In this document: one piece after another, positions 34,501 to 47,400 of the stretch
Numbering within the stretch: the stretch's first letter is position 1
Layout of the letters: each line of letters begins with the position of its first letter
NCBI RefSeq assembly: GCF_964355755.1
Contig: NC_092674.1
Span: 26,040,001-26,104,000 of the forward strand
Direction: 5' to 3'
DNA length: 64,000 nt
From: Antedon mediterranea
Lineage: Eukaryota; Animalia; Echinodermata
Translations under genes and position numbers: made by a program
The notes under the pieces: model-generated
The model's database searches: none
What the model was told of the DNA's origin: nothing
The model's input: the letters and a program-made list of their open reading frames with translations, nothing else

Positions 34501-36176
34501 TGAAATATTGTGACATTACTTGCACACGAATTTCTAAATGGAACAAGGTATTGACCAGATTAAAAAAAAAATTAAAACACTACCATTCGAATCTACACAA
34601 ATACCGAATATCTTTAATTGCCACCCAAACCCACTTTCTTTTAAAAGACAACTTTTTTTGTATTGATTGATTTATGTTTTTATTCATTTATTTATCAGAG
34701 TCACACAGTATAACAATACCGGTACAGTATACAATTTAAAACTTTTTTTTTAAATGACTCGAGTTAAATGGATATTTCAAAAAATAAAATACTTAATTCC
34801 AATTTTGTTTTTGTATTAATATAAATATGAAATAAAAATAATAATAATTATAATAGCAATCAGAAACTCCCCGTCAACTTAAAAAATGTTGTATTAATAT
34901 AAATATGAAATTAAAATAATAATAATTCCAATAGCAATCAGAAACTTCCCGTCAACTTAAAAAAAGTTGTATTAATATAAATATGAAATTAAAACAATAA
35001 TAATATAATAGCAATCAGAAACTCCCCGTCACCTTCAACAATTTCTTTATATAAAATTAACCACATTCACAACTAAAGCACATCTACCAAACAAATTTTA
35101 ACTAAAACCATCACTTTACAACCAGAAACTCGACTGTACCAATGCAATCTAACTGCCTTGATTCTACATACCAGTGGTTCCAAATGCGGAATCTGATTGA
35201 CACGTTCACAATTATGCAAAATGTATATATAAATATTGCTTGTAGATTTACAGATCAACATTATTTTTTGCTGGTAGAACTAAGTTTGAAGCTTACTTTC
35301 TCCGGCACAAAAATAATTGCTTTCTTTATTAATTTACCAAATGTGTGTATCACCTTTTGTGAAATAAATTGAATTTTAAATTACAATTTTATTTCATGTT
35401 TTCCTTTTGTCGAACAAACGCTGAAATTTATTTTGACGAATTCATTCATTCATTTCAAAATTTCACCAGGAATTAACAATACCTTCTTCCACAAAATGGT
35501 TCAATCTAAACTATCAATTTGCACCAAATGATTAAATATCCACCATAATTGTAGTTTGCCTAATCACATAAAGTGTCAAACTAAAATTGGAAATTTTAAA
35601 AAAGAAGTACAAAAACTATTAATTAATAAATGCTCACTCATGTAGAGTTTACTTTTCATTTCTATTTGATAGTTGTACTTTTATTGTTTTATTTGCTAAT
35701 TAGATATTATTTAAAGGGTAATGTGTTTAAGAGCTTCGGTTTGTTGCATAACCCATTTTGTAACAAATACCATGTTTTCCGTTCATTATGATTATTTAGA
35801 TTACACTTATAACAATATTGTTGTAAAAGAAATACTGTATATATATGCTGGTGATACAAAATAAATGGTACGTCTAGTACCGCGAAAAACAATAATAGTA
35901 ATAATAATAATAGGTTCTAACAGACAAGATAACTGAGGCCCAATCACAAATAAAAAATATAGAAGCATGTTCAATGGTTATATAATCATTTACCTACCTT
36001 CTGACAGCCCAGGTTGATTTGTTTCCGACGTAACGTATCCCGTGAAGAGACGTCTCGCCCGCAAACGTACATACTTCATCCGTTAGGCTGGATTTTTCAT
36101 ATTGTTTTTCTCCAAGTGTATTCGTTGTCTCCCGACTGCTAATCGTAGACATCGGATATACTTTCTTATCGTCCAT
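29832..36176 (-). CDS. DEG/ENaC channel E, 453 aa; exons 35998-36176, 33568-34072, 32910-33008, 32614-32761, 32087-32143, 30705-30858, 30198-30289, 29832-29959
   Basis: Internal exon lengths 505/99/148/57/154/92 as in C, F and G; HG motif; TM2 LLSEIGGNMGLICGMSLITVIELLD. Start codon choice uncertain (see findings). Confidence 0.9.
30395..30695. mobile_element. Nested family-2-related MITEs
   Basis: Inner CTTGGTTCTCACTAGCG...CGCTAGTGGGAACCACGCTTAA (~30441-30642) inside an outer remnant ending CTAGTGTGAACCACTCTTAA. Confidence 0.7.
31100..31283. mobile_element. MITE family 2 full copy
   Basis: TAA|AGCTTGGTTCCCACTAG...CTAGTGGGAACCACGCT|TAA. Older copies at ~19508-19660, ~33403-33525, ~47810-47975. 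Confidence 0.87.
34813..35030. repeat. 78-bp tandem repeat, ~2.8 copies
   Basis: GTATTAATATAAATATGAAAT starts at 34813, 34891 and 34969. Confidence 0.9.
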
Positions 36177-36734
36177 CCTTCATTCATGTACGCCTAATAA
36201 TACGTTTTAAAAACACCTTGGTATATCTTAAATCCGTGGCAATCAGTCAGATGACAAGCCTACTCTGTTGATTAACAATTCTATACTATCGATTTCTCAG
36301 TAAATTTATACTTTGGAAGTCTCATGATTTCTACATTGACGTATTATTATGAATATTTACCTTACAATAGAATCGTTAATCCATAAATTCACTTAAAGGA
36401 AATTGTCAGTAAATCGCGCGTAATTTATAAATGCTTTATTCAATGATATTGACAGTGGGTACATACTTTGGTGCTAATTGTTTATCCCCTATTGATGATG
36501 CAGTTTACTTATTAAATTGAGTTCGATAATTAGTTTAATTTGCAATTAAAACAAACTTAGGTTAAACCATTTGTCCAAATAGTGATGTTTTCTGTTGTAT
36601 ACACAGAAGAAAAACTCTAGAAACAGTCTATGGCATGGAAATCAACACGGAAAAACCCCCAAAAAAGCATGACCAAACAAGAGTGATGGTTTTACCAACA
36701 GCATCAAAGTGAAAATCACACTCTACAAGCACTC

Positions 36735-37270
36735 ACAGGTTTTAAATACATTGGAAGAGCCATTATGAGAAATGATAAAGAAAGGAAGTGTTAGCAAGAA
36801 TATAGCGCAAGCTACATCAGCGCTAACAAAGCTAAAGAAAATATGGAGCAATAAGAAAATTAAACATAAGCATACAATTAGGCTACTCCGTGCGCTCTTT
36901 AGTTACATTAATCTTTCTATAATACTTGTGTGAAACACAGCCGAACTAGAGAGAAAAACCGAAGCCTTTGAGATGAGATGCTACATGAAGATTTTGGGTA
37001 TCACATACAAACACCGAATAACAAATGAAGAAGTCTGAAGCAGAGTAAGAGCAGCCATTGGAACAGATGATATTCTGTCCATTGTCAAAGGTGAGATGCT
37101 ACGGCCACATTATGAGATCATCCGAACAAAAATGCAAGGAACTATACAAAGTGGGAGGAAACGAGGAAGAACAAAGAAACACAAGAAAGACAACATCAAA
37201 GAAGAATGGACAAAGGTCAAAGTAAAGTTTGAAAAAACACATATGGTTGGACGGCTTATGCTGAAATATC
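36735..37270 (+). mobile_element. RTE-clade LINE ORF2 C-terminal remnant
   Basis: Degenerate translation AQATSALTKLKKIWSNKKI...ELERKTEAFEMRCYMKILGITYKHRITNEEV*SRV...YGHIMR...GTIQSGRKRGR...DNIKEEWT, typical of the RTE post-RT region. Confidence 0.82.
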
Positions 37271-38588
37271 CCCGCATACAATAATACAAGTTACAGATAC
37301 AATGCAACTTTTCTATTTAAAAAATAATGATGAAATAAAGGTTGAGGTTGACAGTATACAAGCAAACTTTATAGGCATAACAATTACTTTTATTAATATC
37401 AATAATTACTTTTATTAATATCAATAATTCAAATCATCAAACAATATAAATCAATTAATTACAAAATATTAAACCACTTTACACCTTAAAAATACTGGGA
37501 TTTTTTTTATTGGTCATACTAATCTACGCTCGGTAAGGTCCGATAAGCCCGGTAAGGTCCGGCGTTAGGTTCAGTAGGAACCTTTATCGCCCGGTAAGGT
37601 TTTACGATGCAAAATGATGTCAAGCAAATTATATTAACATGCTTTAGGGGTAAATTTAACTTAATGATATATTTTTCTTTCTAGAAACAAGTTAAAATCA
37701 GTAAAAATATTGTAACTTTTCAACGCGTCAACAACAAAACATCACTTATTACAGAGGGCGTTCTTCAGTTTCAAAATAAACCTAATCAGTATTTTTTACA
37801 TTAAAAATGTTGGGCCTATAAAACGTACAATTAAATATCACATAGAACTTTATACTTTTACATACAAGTTGCCGGACAGTTCGCCACCTGTAGCCTATCG
37901 AAGAAACAAGAACTTTCTACATTTTTGGGGAAGTGTAAGCATTCAAAAGTTCGTAGATTTTCTCATCTTAACTGTATACACATTTAGTTATTTTCTACAT
38001 TCATGTCACTATCGTTTGGTGATTTACAACATACAATTTCAGCAAACATTACTGTATGTAGCTGCTGAGACGTACAAACGAAAACGCATTCACCGTGCAA
38101 CCAACAAAGAAACGCGTTTCATTTCATTGATTTCCAACACACACTAGCTGCTGGGATGCAATTTCACCTGAAACTAACGCAGAAACGCGTCCCATGTCTT
38201 GAGTGGCTATAGTACTAGATATAAAAACATAACCAGAATAACTCAATTTCTGGTTTGATTAACGAAACTTCTGGTGTGGTTAACGCAAACGCTATGTTTT
38301 ATATATAGACTATCATTCTAAATATAGCTCACTGTTGCAATTAGACCACAATACGAACCATTTCAGAAATTCAGTAATTGTTTTTTCATTGTTTTATTTT
38401 ATAGAAATATTGATATTGTACTACGTATCAGTATACCCGTGTCCATATTATAGCAAAAATAATATGTTGAATAATGTAACAGCTATTTGTCGTAGTGTAA
38501 GCAGTTTTATTTACATGAAAGCAATTGTAATCAACGTACACAGTCATTCACTGATTGCGTTATTGCACATCGACTACTGCTTTTTTTT

Positions 38589-41500
38589 TCATTTACTCTG
38601 ATCGATTGTGCGCGTTTTAGTGAGTCTAAGCTCTTTCTTTTTCATCAAACGCTGTAGAATTAAGACAATTAAAAAGTCCAGCAATTCAACAATAGTAATC
38701 AAACTCATTCCACATATTAAACCCATGTTTCCACCAAGTTCGGCTGTAAGTAAGAACATGCATTTTATTTATAAGAAAACACAATCAAGACAATTAAATA
38801 AAGATAGGCCTATCGATGTAGTTAGCAAACTATTTTCAAGAGTGTTTGATTGCAGTGTCCTATTCTACCTAACTATAAGTTATTCTTTTACCAATATTTT
38901 ATCAAAATTGTATATGCCGTTAACATTTACTTACAAAATAACTGTGTCACAGAGTATGACGGGACGAGTTCAACAACGGTCATGTCCAAATCTTCAAATG
39001 ATATGCTAACTTGAAGAATGTTTTCCCTGAAAATACACAATATCACAGTATCTGCAGTTATACATATTGAATGTTTATGAGTGTTATGGTACAAATAATG
39101 GCATGAGGTGAATGATGAAAGGTTATATAATAACGAAGCGACAGTCGAGTTGATATATTAACCTTTCATCATTCACCAAATGCCATTATTTGTACAATTA
39201 CACGAATATAACACATTCATTATTAGTTTTTTATAACATCTAAATAGATTCCTGTCATTTGAATCAAATAGAAGGTAGGTCTAGGCCTACATTGGTTCAC
39301 ATTGATTAAAATAGTAACATTTGGTTTTTAATAATTATATTAAATATTATTATTTACATGGATTTTATAAATGTACCTACTGTGTGAGTGTGTGTTAATT
39401 ATGTAAAAAACGATCTATAGTTAATTTAAATGCATTTAATCTAAATTGGTACATATATCTTTCCAAAAATGTACTTCCATCGCTAAACCAGTCATAACAA
39501 TAACATTGGCTGGCGACGAAAGTACAAAATAGGTGGCGCTGTTGTATTTCAAAAGCAATAGAATAAAAAAAAATATTTTCCAAACACAGATTTTTTTTTT
39601 CGTACGATCGTTTAATAGTGCGTACTATTGCACGGCATGTGACCCACAATCGTCCAATTAAATGACAGGAACTTATTTAGGTGTTGTAATAAGAGTTCCT
39701 AATTAACTTAATAGTTGCGCTTGCGCCAGCCCATCTTGCACACAAAGACAAACGCCGTCTCTTAAGTACTCATTTATTGCACTCTTCTCTTTTGACCGGC
39801 CGTCTAATCTAATTAAGTTAAGTTAGCACGTCATTGTGCCCCACGTCTGATCCTGTCGGCCATACTAGCTTACCTTACGTATTCTTTTGTATAGCCATAA
39901 TTATTTTCAAATAATTGTATCATCGCTGGATCCGGCCATATTGTAGCGGATGTACGTGGTTGATATGACAGTTGGTCACATGCTACTGGACAATCACATG
40001 ACACATTTCTATCACTAACAAAACGATCTGAAGTAAAAGTATTTACAGTTTGAAATTAAACTAAAATAACAATATTTGAAACGTTCTCAAAAAATGCCTG
40101 GTTTTCCTTAATACGCGAATCTATCCGTTAGTTAGTTAAGTTGATGTTAAACTTACTATAATAATCAAAACCACAATTGATGGATTGTAGAACAGTACAA
40201 TCTGGAGCATCACCTAAAAAGAAACAAAAATCAATCAATAGAGCCTACTATCTGTCACTAGATAAAACTTAAATGACTATCGCAAGTCAGTTAGATACTA
40301 GTCTAGGAGGGCGTATCTAGTGAAAGTATTACTATCCGTCTGGTCTAACCGCGACTGATTTATAGCTGTTTCAAATTTGCATGTTCAATGGTAGTGTTAA
40401 GGATGATAGTATTCCATAATAGGCTAAATTGAGTTAAACAAATTTTGAAATATTGTGGAGTGACGTAAAATTTATAATGTTGTCTATGGAGATTGAACAT
40501 TTTTCAGTATAATATCGATGATATTGTTATTTTTAGATTCGAAAACTTTTCTCGGTTTCACAATAGTCACCAACCCTGCTTTGCGAGTTACAACACTCTC
40601 AAATTGTCACTGAAAGCTGAACGTGCATGTTAAATATAATGTTATATCAAGCTACATATACGTTTTAAAGTTTTATACGTTCTATACTAACCCATCGTAT
40701 TGGATAATTTACATCCACATTTTTCACTGACGTAATCAAATCTGCACTCCTCAATACAAAGAGCTTTAGTATAGGTTCCTGTGTATTGAAGACCTTTCTC
40801 TGTACAGTTTGATGAGTATGGGTGTGGTAAAGACTTAGTCTAGAATAAAACAAGAAATATTTTTCTAATGCTATGTTTTGTATGCCAATATAAAATACCT
40901 ATTATTTAATTACTTTATTTTATAGGCCTAAAATATTTCGTATTAAGTATGAAGTTGCATTAGGCTTACCTGAGCTCCCTTTAAAGCAATCTCTGTGTGA
41001 AAACCAGGGGATACTGAAAATCCAAACGATTTTATAAGAGGTCGTTCATCCGAAGGATGTATCAACATCTAAAAGTAAAAAAAGTTTGGCAACTTATGAA
41101 AATGTGAAATGAAGATGCATTAACTTGTACTGCTGTACAAAGTACCGACAATAAGTTATTTTCATTCAGAATCACAACAATGATAGAATGCTTGCTAACA
41201 AGAAGGCCTACATAAATAAACTAATCCACCGGTATCAGCAATGAACCATGGAAATCATGTCTACACTGATTTTATACCGTTATAATTACGTCATCGTTAT
41301 CAATTAATCATGCATAACGATGAGTAACTAGCGCCATCACACTATTATGAATGTTCGCAAGAGTGCTCCAAAGTCAATCTTACTTAAATACATTTTTACT
41401 TATATCTAACTTGCTTGTAACAGAATGTACTCAATGTAATTGCCGTCCAACAAATTAGAAGATAATGGAGAAAGGACAGATGAAATATAGATAAATTGGA

Positions 41501-43061
41501 TGTAAAATAGAGTACTAAAAACCAATGTTCCAAAACCAGTAACAGATACGTGAAATAGTAAAATACCTTAATTCCTTTAATGCCTTGTTCATGACCAGTA
41601 TTTTCTGTATCATTGATATTAATCTGCAAGAACAGAGAACTTGAGACGCCAGCATACGAAACATTACGCGTCGTCTTAAACGTGTAACACACCTCAAAAT
41701 CAACGAAATGGGTTGTAAAGTTTTCTGGCCCACAATCCTCTAAACTCATCCATGTACAATTCGTAAGTAGATCATCGATAGAGTGACTTGCTCTTAGGAA
41801 AAGCTCTGTAATGTTCCAATCGTTTATAGTAGAATAATTAGCAACATCTCCAATGTGGTATGCGTTAATGAACTCGAATTCTTCGTCTGTTACCTGCGAT
41901 TTACGTAACTGGTTGTAGTTGCAGAATGTAACGGCGGGAAACGCGATTTCGTCGTAGTGAGCAATGGATATCTTCGTTGCAATTGGGTAAGACCTGTAGT
42001 TTACAATGGACTCTTTCAATATGACAACGAGAGAGGCTAGCGCTATGAAAACCAGAGAACACCAAATTAACCTGTAAAAGTATATTATAATTAGAAAATC
42101 ACGTCACGAAATATATAAACTAGGCCTAGCATCATGTGAAATGTGCAAATACAATATATTTAAACATATATCTTCTAATACAATTATTAAATAAAGATTG
42201 TATCAATCATCAGCGAACAAAAAAGGCGGACAGTTTTTTTACTGGGAAAATGAGACTGATGCTAATGTTTCAAAATAGAGGAATCCATTTTATCCTTTAA
42301 AGCAGCTTTAAACAAACTCTGAAAATACCTAATTAGATCGACAATAGGGCCTACTCAGTACTAATTATCTTATCCATTGTAATGGAACCAGACGAATTAA
42401 TTCAGGTTTTTTAAGGTAAAGTTAGGTTGGGAAATAAAATAATGATTAAAGATATAATACAGAATATGCCTATTGAGATATTTAGGCCCTTCAACACTAG
42501 TTTCCATGGTTAGATAGGTCATTATTAGTATAATAATAACAATAAGTCCTTTTTAACAGAATACATGATTGAATGAATATTGGTGGTGATCAACAATATT
42601 TAAAACAATATTTTTGTCTAGGCTGGGGAAATAAGATTATTAAAATATAATAAAGAATATGCCTATTGGGATATTTAGGTACTTCAACACTAGTTTCCAT
42701 GGTTAGACAGATTCGTATTACACAAGTCATTTTTAACATAAAATACATGATTGTATAGTGGTGGTGAAGGCAAAATATATCAAATGATATAAAGCAGTGA
42801 AAACCACAACCCACTATAGTACTATATAAAATGTATACTATATGTTACTATGTTACTATATAAAATGTAACCGTTTACCCACCTTCTGGCAGCGCAGATT
42901 GATTTGTTTCCGACGTACCGTATTCCGTGAAGCGTTGTCTCGCCCGTAAACGTACACACTTCATCAGTTAAGCTGGATTTTTCAAGCTGTTTTCCATCAT
43001 TCGAATCCGTTGTCTCTCGACTAATCGTAAACATCGGATAAACTTTACCATTTTCATTCAT
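38589..43061 (-). CDS. DEG/ENaC channel F, 462 aa; exons 42883-43061, 41567-42071, 40970-41068, 40692-40839, 40157-40213, 39874-40027, 38935-39026, 38589-38743
   Basis: TTLHG, FPAVTFCNYN, CDCPVAC, TM2 LFSELGGNMGLICGMSLITIVELLD; GT-AG introns; frame intact. Confidence 0.9.
39060..39692. mobile_element. Double-hairpin interspersed element in gene F intron 6
   Basis: Hairpin 1 ~39069-39218; second inverted pair TTATAACATCTAAATAGATTCCTGTCATTT (~39231-39260) / AAATGACAGGAACTTATTTAGGTGTTGTAA (~39660-39690); homologous to 8575-9125. Confidence 0.7.
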
Positions 43062-44496
43062 AATCAAGCATTAATGGCGAATAATACCTTAGTGTATCTT
43101 ACATCCGTACCAATCAATCAGATGACAAAGCAACTCTGCTGATTAAGGTGCGGAACTCGGTAAACATTAAATGGTTGATTCCCAATTGCCGAACTCTCAG
43201 AATAAAAATTACACTGTATGGACTCACGATTTCTACATCGACAACAATGTATTATCACCGATGTACAGGATAATGTAAAGTTTAATATAATGTGATCTAA
43301 AGCACCCGTGTATTCATAATAGCAAAATTGTGGCCGAAGATGTAACTACAATCAATGATTTAATGACTGCTATATTGTTATAACTGACCTTGTCTGCATT
43401 TAATATGTGTATGTATAATCTGCGCTTATCTATTCAATCTGTACTTTTTACTTTTGTAAAGAATACAATTGTAATTTATGATTTTTACATTATAGATTTT
43501 TCTGTTTATTAAAACTCAATTACTGTTACTCAATCACAGCTCAATGTTCACGCATGAACAGTTATGAAGTGAGGACGTCATAATATTATATTCATATTAA
43601 CGCGCGCGTTGAATCGAACGATACTGTCTCTTGATAATATAAGAGGTCATTAGATTAGTTTTTTTTAATAATAGTAGTCTGTGTATTTCAATAGCAAGTT
43701 TTGGAAAGCGACAATAATTGATAATAATAATAATATTGATTATTGATTTATGAAACCGGGAGGCGGTTATTGAGCGGATGTAGTTGGGATTTAATTTGAA
43801 ATCACTATTGTGAGTCTTTATTAGGCATAATTAGATTTTATTAATACTGTAAAAATAAATAACGCCATGATGCATATCAGCATCTTTGGTTGCTAATAAT
43901 AGTATATACATAGTTTTAAAAAAATTATCAAATAATAGTGATAATTCAAAAACTTTAAAAAGCTATCACATTAAATAACCTTTTTAAACCAAAACGACAT
44001 TTCACCTGTATAAACAAAAACGAAATTTCACCTGTATAAACAAAACGAAATTTCACCTGTATAAAAAAACAAAATTTCACCTGTACAAACGCAGCAGAGA
44101 CGCGTTCCATTTCTTTAAGCTGTATAATACACCAGAAGTGCAGACAACCCAATTGTCTGCACTGTTTAACGAAAACCCGCTACATTGCTAAGTAGATCTC
44201 TGTTTTAAATAAAGCTAGCCTACTGTTCTAATTATAGACAGAAAACCATTTAAACTCTTATTATGGTTTCAGAAGTAATGGCTATTGTTTCATTTTTTTC
44301 AAGAAATATTGAACTTTATTTGTCTTACTTGTTTCCATATCATTATTCAATAAATTGTTGAATAATGTAGCCGCCTTTTTGTGTCGTAGTGAAAGCAATT
44401 TCATTTAAGTGAAATCACTTAGATGTCTCTTTACTTAATTGCAAACACTCACGTACACGTTTCAATGCATATACATTTCAAATCGACTATTTCTTT

Positions 44497-47400
44497 TCAT
44501 TTACTGATTGTGTGCGTTTTAGTGGGTCTAAACTCTTTCTTTTTCATCAAACGCTGTAGAATTGCGACAATAACGAAGTCCAACAATTCAACAATAGTAA
44601 TCAAACTCATTCCACATATTAAACCCATGTTTCCACCAAGTTCGGCTGTAAATAAAAATATTTTTGTTTACCTTTTAAGAAATTTTACAAATATAATATG
44701 CCTATCATTTAGTGCCCTTCATATTGCAAACTGTATTTACTTTAGTGTTTAATTGCAGTTTTCAATTTAAAAATTAGTATTGTTATTATTAAATTGTAGG
44801 CCTAATAAATAGCAACAATTGTGATCAACTTACAAAGCAACTGTGTCACAGAGTATGACGGGACAAGTTCAACAACGGTCATGTCCAAATCTTCAAATGA
44901 TATGCTAACTTGAAGAATGTTTTCCCTGAAACATACACAATATTAGAGTTAAGATCGTAAGATACATACTTTGGGACTGGGACACAAGGTACGAAAAGTT
45001 CTATAATCATATATTTGCTCAAGCTTTGGCTCTGGGAAGGGAATTTAGAAATGCTGCACATACGCCGTTAAACATTATGAAAGTGTACCAGCCCTTGTAG
45101 GCCTACTCGATGGCAAAAGATGGTTTCATTCAGTTGCACCTTCTCTTACACTTTTTACAAGCCATCTGATTATTCCAGCTACCATGCCATTTGATCCAAT
45201 TGTGTGTGGCCATACTTTCCATTATGACAAAACGTAACGACGCGTACGTAAGCGCAACGCAAGTATTTGTCATTAGGTTAGGACGTGATTGATCAAATTA
45301 TATTCGTTGCGTACTCGTCCTAGTTGAAACTAATCCTAACTTACCTTACGTAATCCTTTGTATATCCATCATTATTTTCAAATAATTGTATCGTCGCTGG
45401 ATCCGGCCATAAGGTGCTGGATGTACGTGGTTCATATGTCAGCTGATCACAAGCTACTGGACAATCGCATGAAACATTTCTATCACTAACAAAACGATCT
45501 GAAGTAAAAGTATTTACAGATTTTTTTAAAGTTAAAACATTTGAAAAGTTAAACACTTTTCAACATAACGGTCAGAGGACAATGAATGAATGTGTGCATA
45601 TCTCTGTTACAAATATACTGTACTAGATCACCGAAACAGAATTGTGAAAAAGCAGCAAACATCATTTTAGAAGAATACATTTTTCAAGGAAATATTTCCT
45701 CGTTTGTTTAAGCTTACAGAGGTTAAACCTAAATGATGCGGATAACCTAACGTCCACAATGCATAATTTTGGATTATGCATAGGCCTAGAGTGATTCCTG
45801 ATTTGTTTTTCCACCGTCAAGCATCAGTTAGACCTAGAAAGTCTAAAAAGGTAATTTAAAGAAAAAGTAGTCAAATTGACTGGAAGTCAATGGTTTATCA
45901 AATAGTATCTTTTTATTAGTGAAAACAGGTTTTTTTTCTGCTGATTAACTTTATTAAAACTGCAAAATGGCCTATTCAAATCGTTTTTATTATTCTTCAT
46001 TTTTCATGTTTTTGAGAGATATACATCTTTAACTTACTATAAGCCGCATCACCACAATTAATGGTCTGTAGAACAGTACATTCTGGAACATCACCTAAAT
46101 AAAAAAGAAAATCAATAAAATGGTTTTAATGGACATTTGTCGAATTGGTTCAAAGGGGCTGAACCAAACCTAACACCGATTTGAGGCTAATCTGGGCACT
46201 TTATTATATCATATTTAGGGCCTTTGATGATCACCAAAAACATCAAGATAAAATGTCGGTCCTTATTTTTTTACATCATCGAAAACGTATCTGGAAAATG
46301 AAGAAAGTTTGAAACTTTGCGGATTATGACAATCTTTCAATTATCTTGATTCATTAAGAATAGACCGCCATAGCATTCATTCTTTCAGTAAAATATCAAA
46401 CTCGAAATTATACCACGTATATATATGGATACAAACAGTTTTTTTTTCATATAGCTACCGATTTAGTGCTGAAGGAGACCAGACATGTAAATTGTGTGCT
46501 TTATGAGAAAATCAAGCTACTTTTTAAAAATAGGTTGCAAACTATACTTACCTATCATATTAGTTAGTTTACATCCACATTTTGCGACGACGTAATCAAA
46601 CCTGCACTCCTCAATACAAAGAGCCTTAGTATAGGTGCCTGTGTATTGAAGCTCTTTCCCAGTGCACTTTGATGAGTATGGGTGTGGTAAAGACTTAGTC
46701 TAAATTGAAAATAAAAATTAGTTTATTTTTCCAATCTGTTTAGCAAGTAAATGTGAAATATAAGACAAATTGTTATTAGTTTGTAAAGGCAGTACTACTT
46801 ACTTGGACTCCCTTTAAAGCAATCTCTGTATGAAAACCAGGAGATACTGAAAATCCAAACGACTTTACAAGAGGAAGTTCATCTGCAGGATGTATCATCA
46901 TCTGGAGGAAAAGGTTAATCTCTGTTTATAACATCAGACTAGTTTGACAAAAAAGGGTGATGTGCCCAAACATGGTAGTGACGTCATCGTCACATGTTTT
47001 TGTCGCAAACAGTTTGATAGTGTATAGAGCTTTAGATTACTATAAAATAGAGAATATTTTTTTTTTTAATCTGTTATACATTCTTTGTTAAAAGTTTGCT
47101 GTAGTGTGGTTAAATAAGCTGAAATTTCAAAAAATAATAAAAAATAATAAAACTTGAAAGTCGCAAATAAAAGTATATTGGTATAAATGTTAAAACGTTT
47201 GAATATGATTGAACTTATCCATCACTTAATAAAAGAAGTTAAGCATTTATTTACTTTTGATTAAAACCAGTCAACTGCATAATTAATCTTCCATCTGTAG
47301 TGAGGCTTTTTCAATTGTAAACTTTGTCATATTCATTTTGACGGTTGTTACCCATTATTTTTATGATATTTTAATGATCACGTTATCTATAATTGCAGTT

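Noticed and set aside
37525-37602. Short repeat CGGTAAGGT x3-4
   Set aside because: Too short and degenerate to interpret; probably a transposon subterminal remnant.
38608-39009. Plus-strand ORFs IKLIPHIKPMFPPSSA (also 19806-20009, 44423-44752)
   Set aside because: Antisense frames of the conserved TM2 exon; their similarity reflects the channel paralogy.
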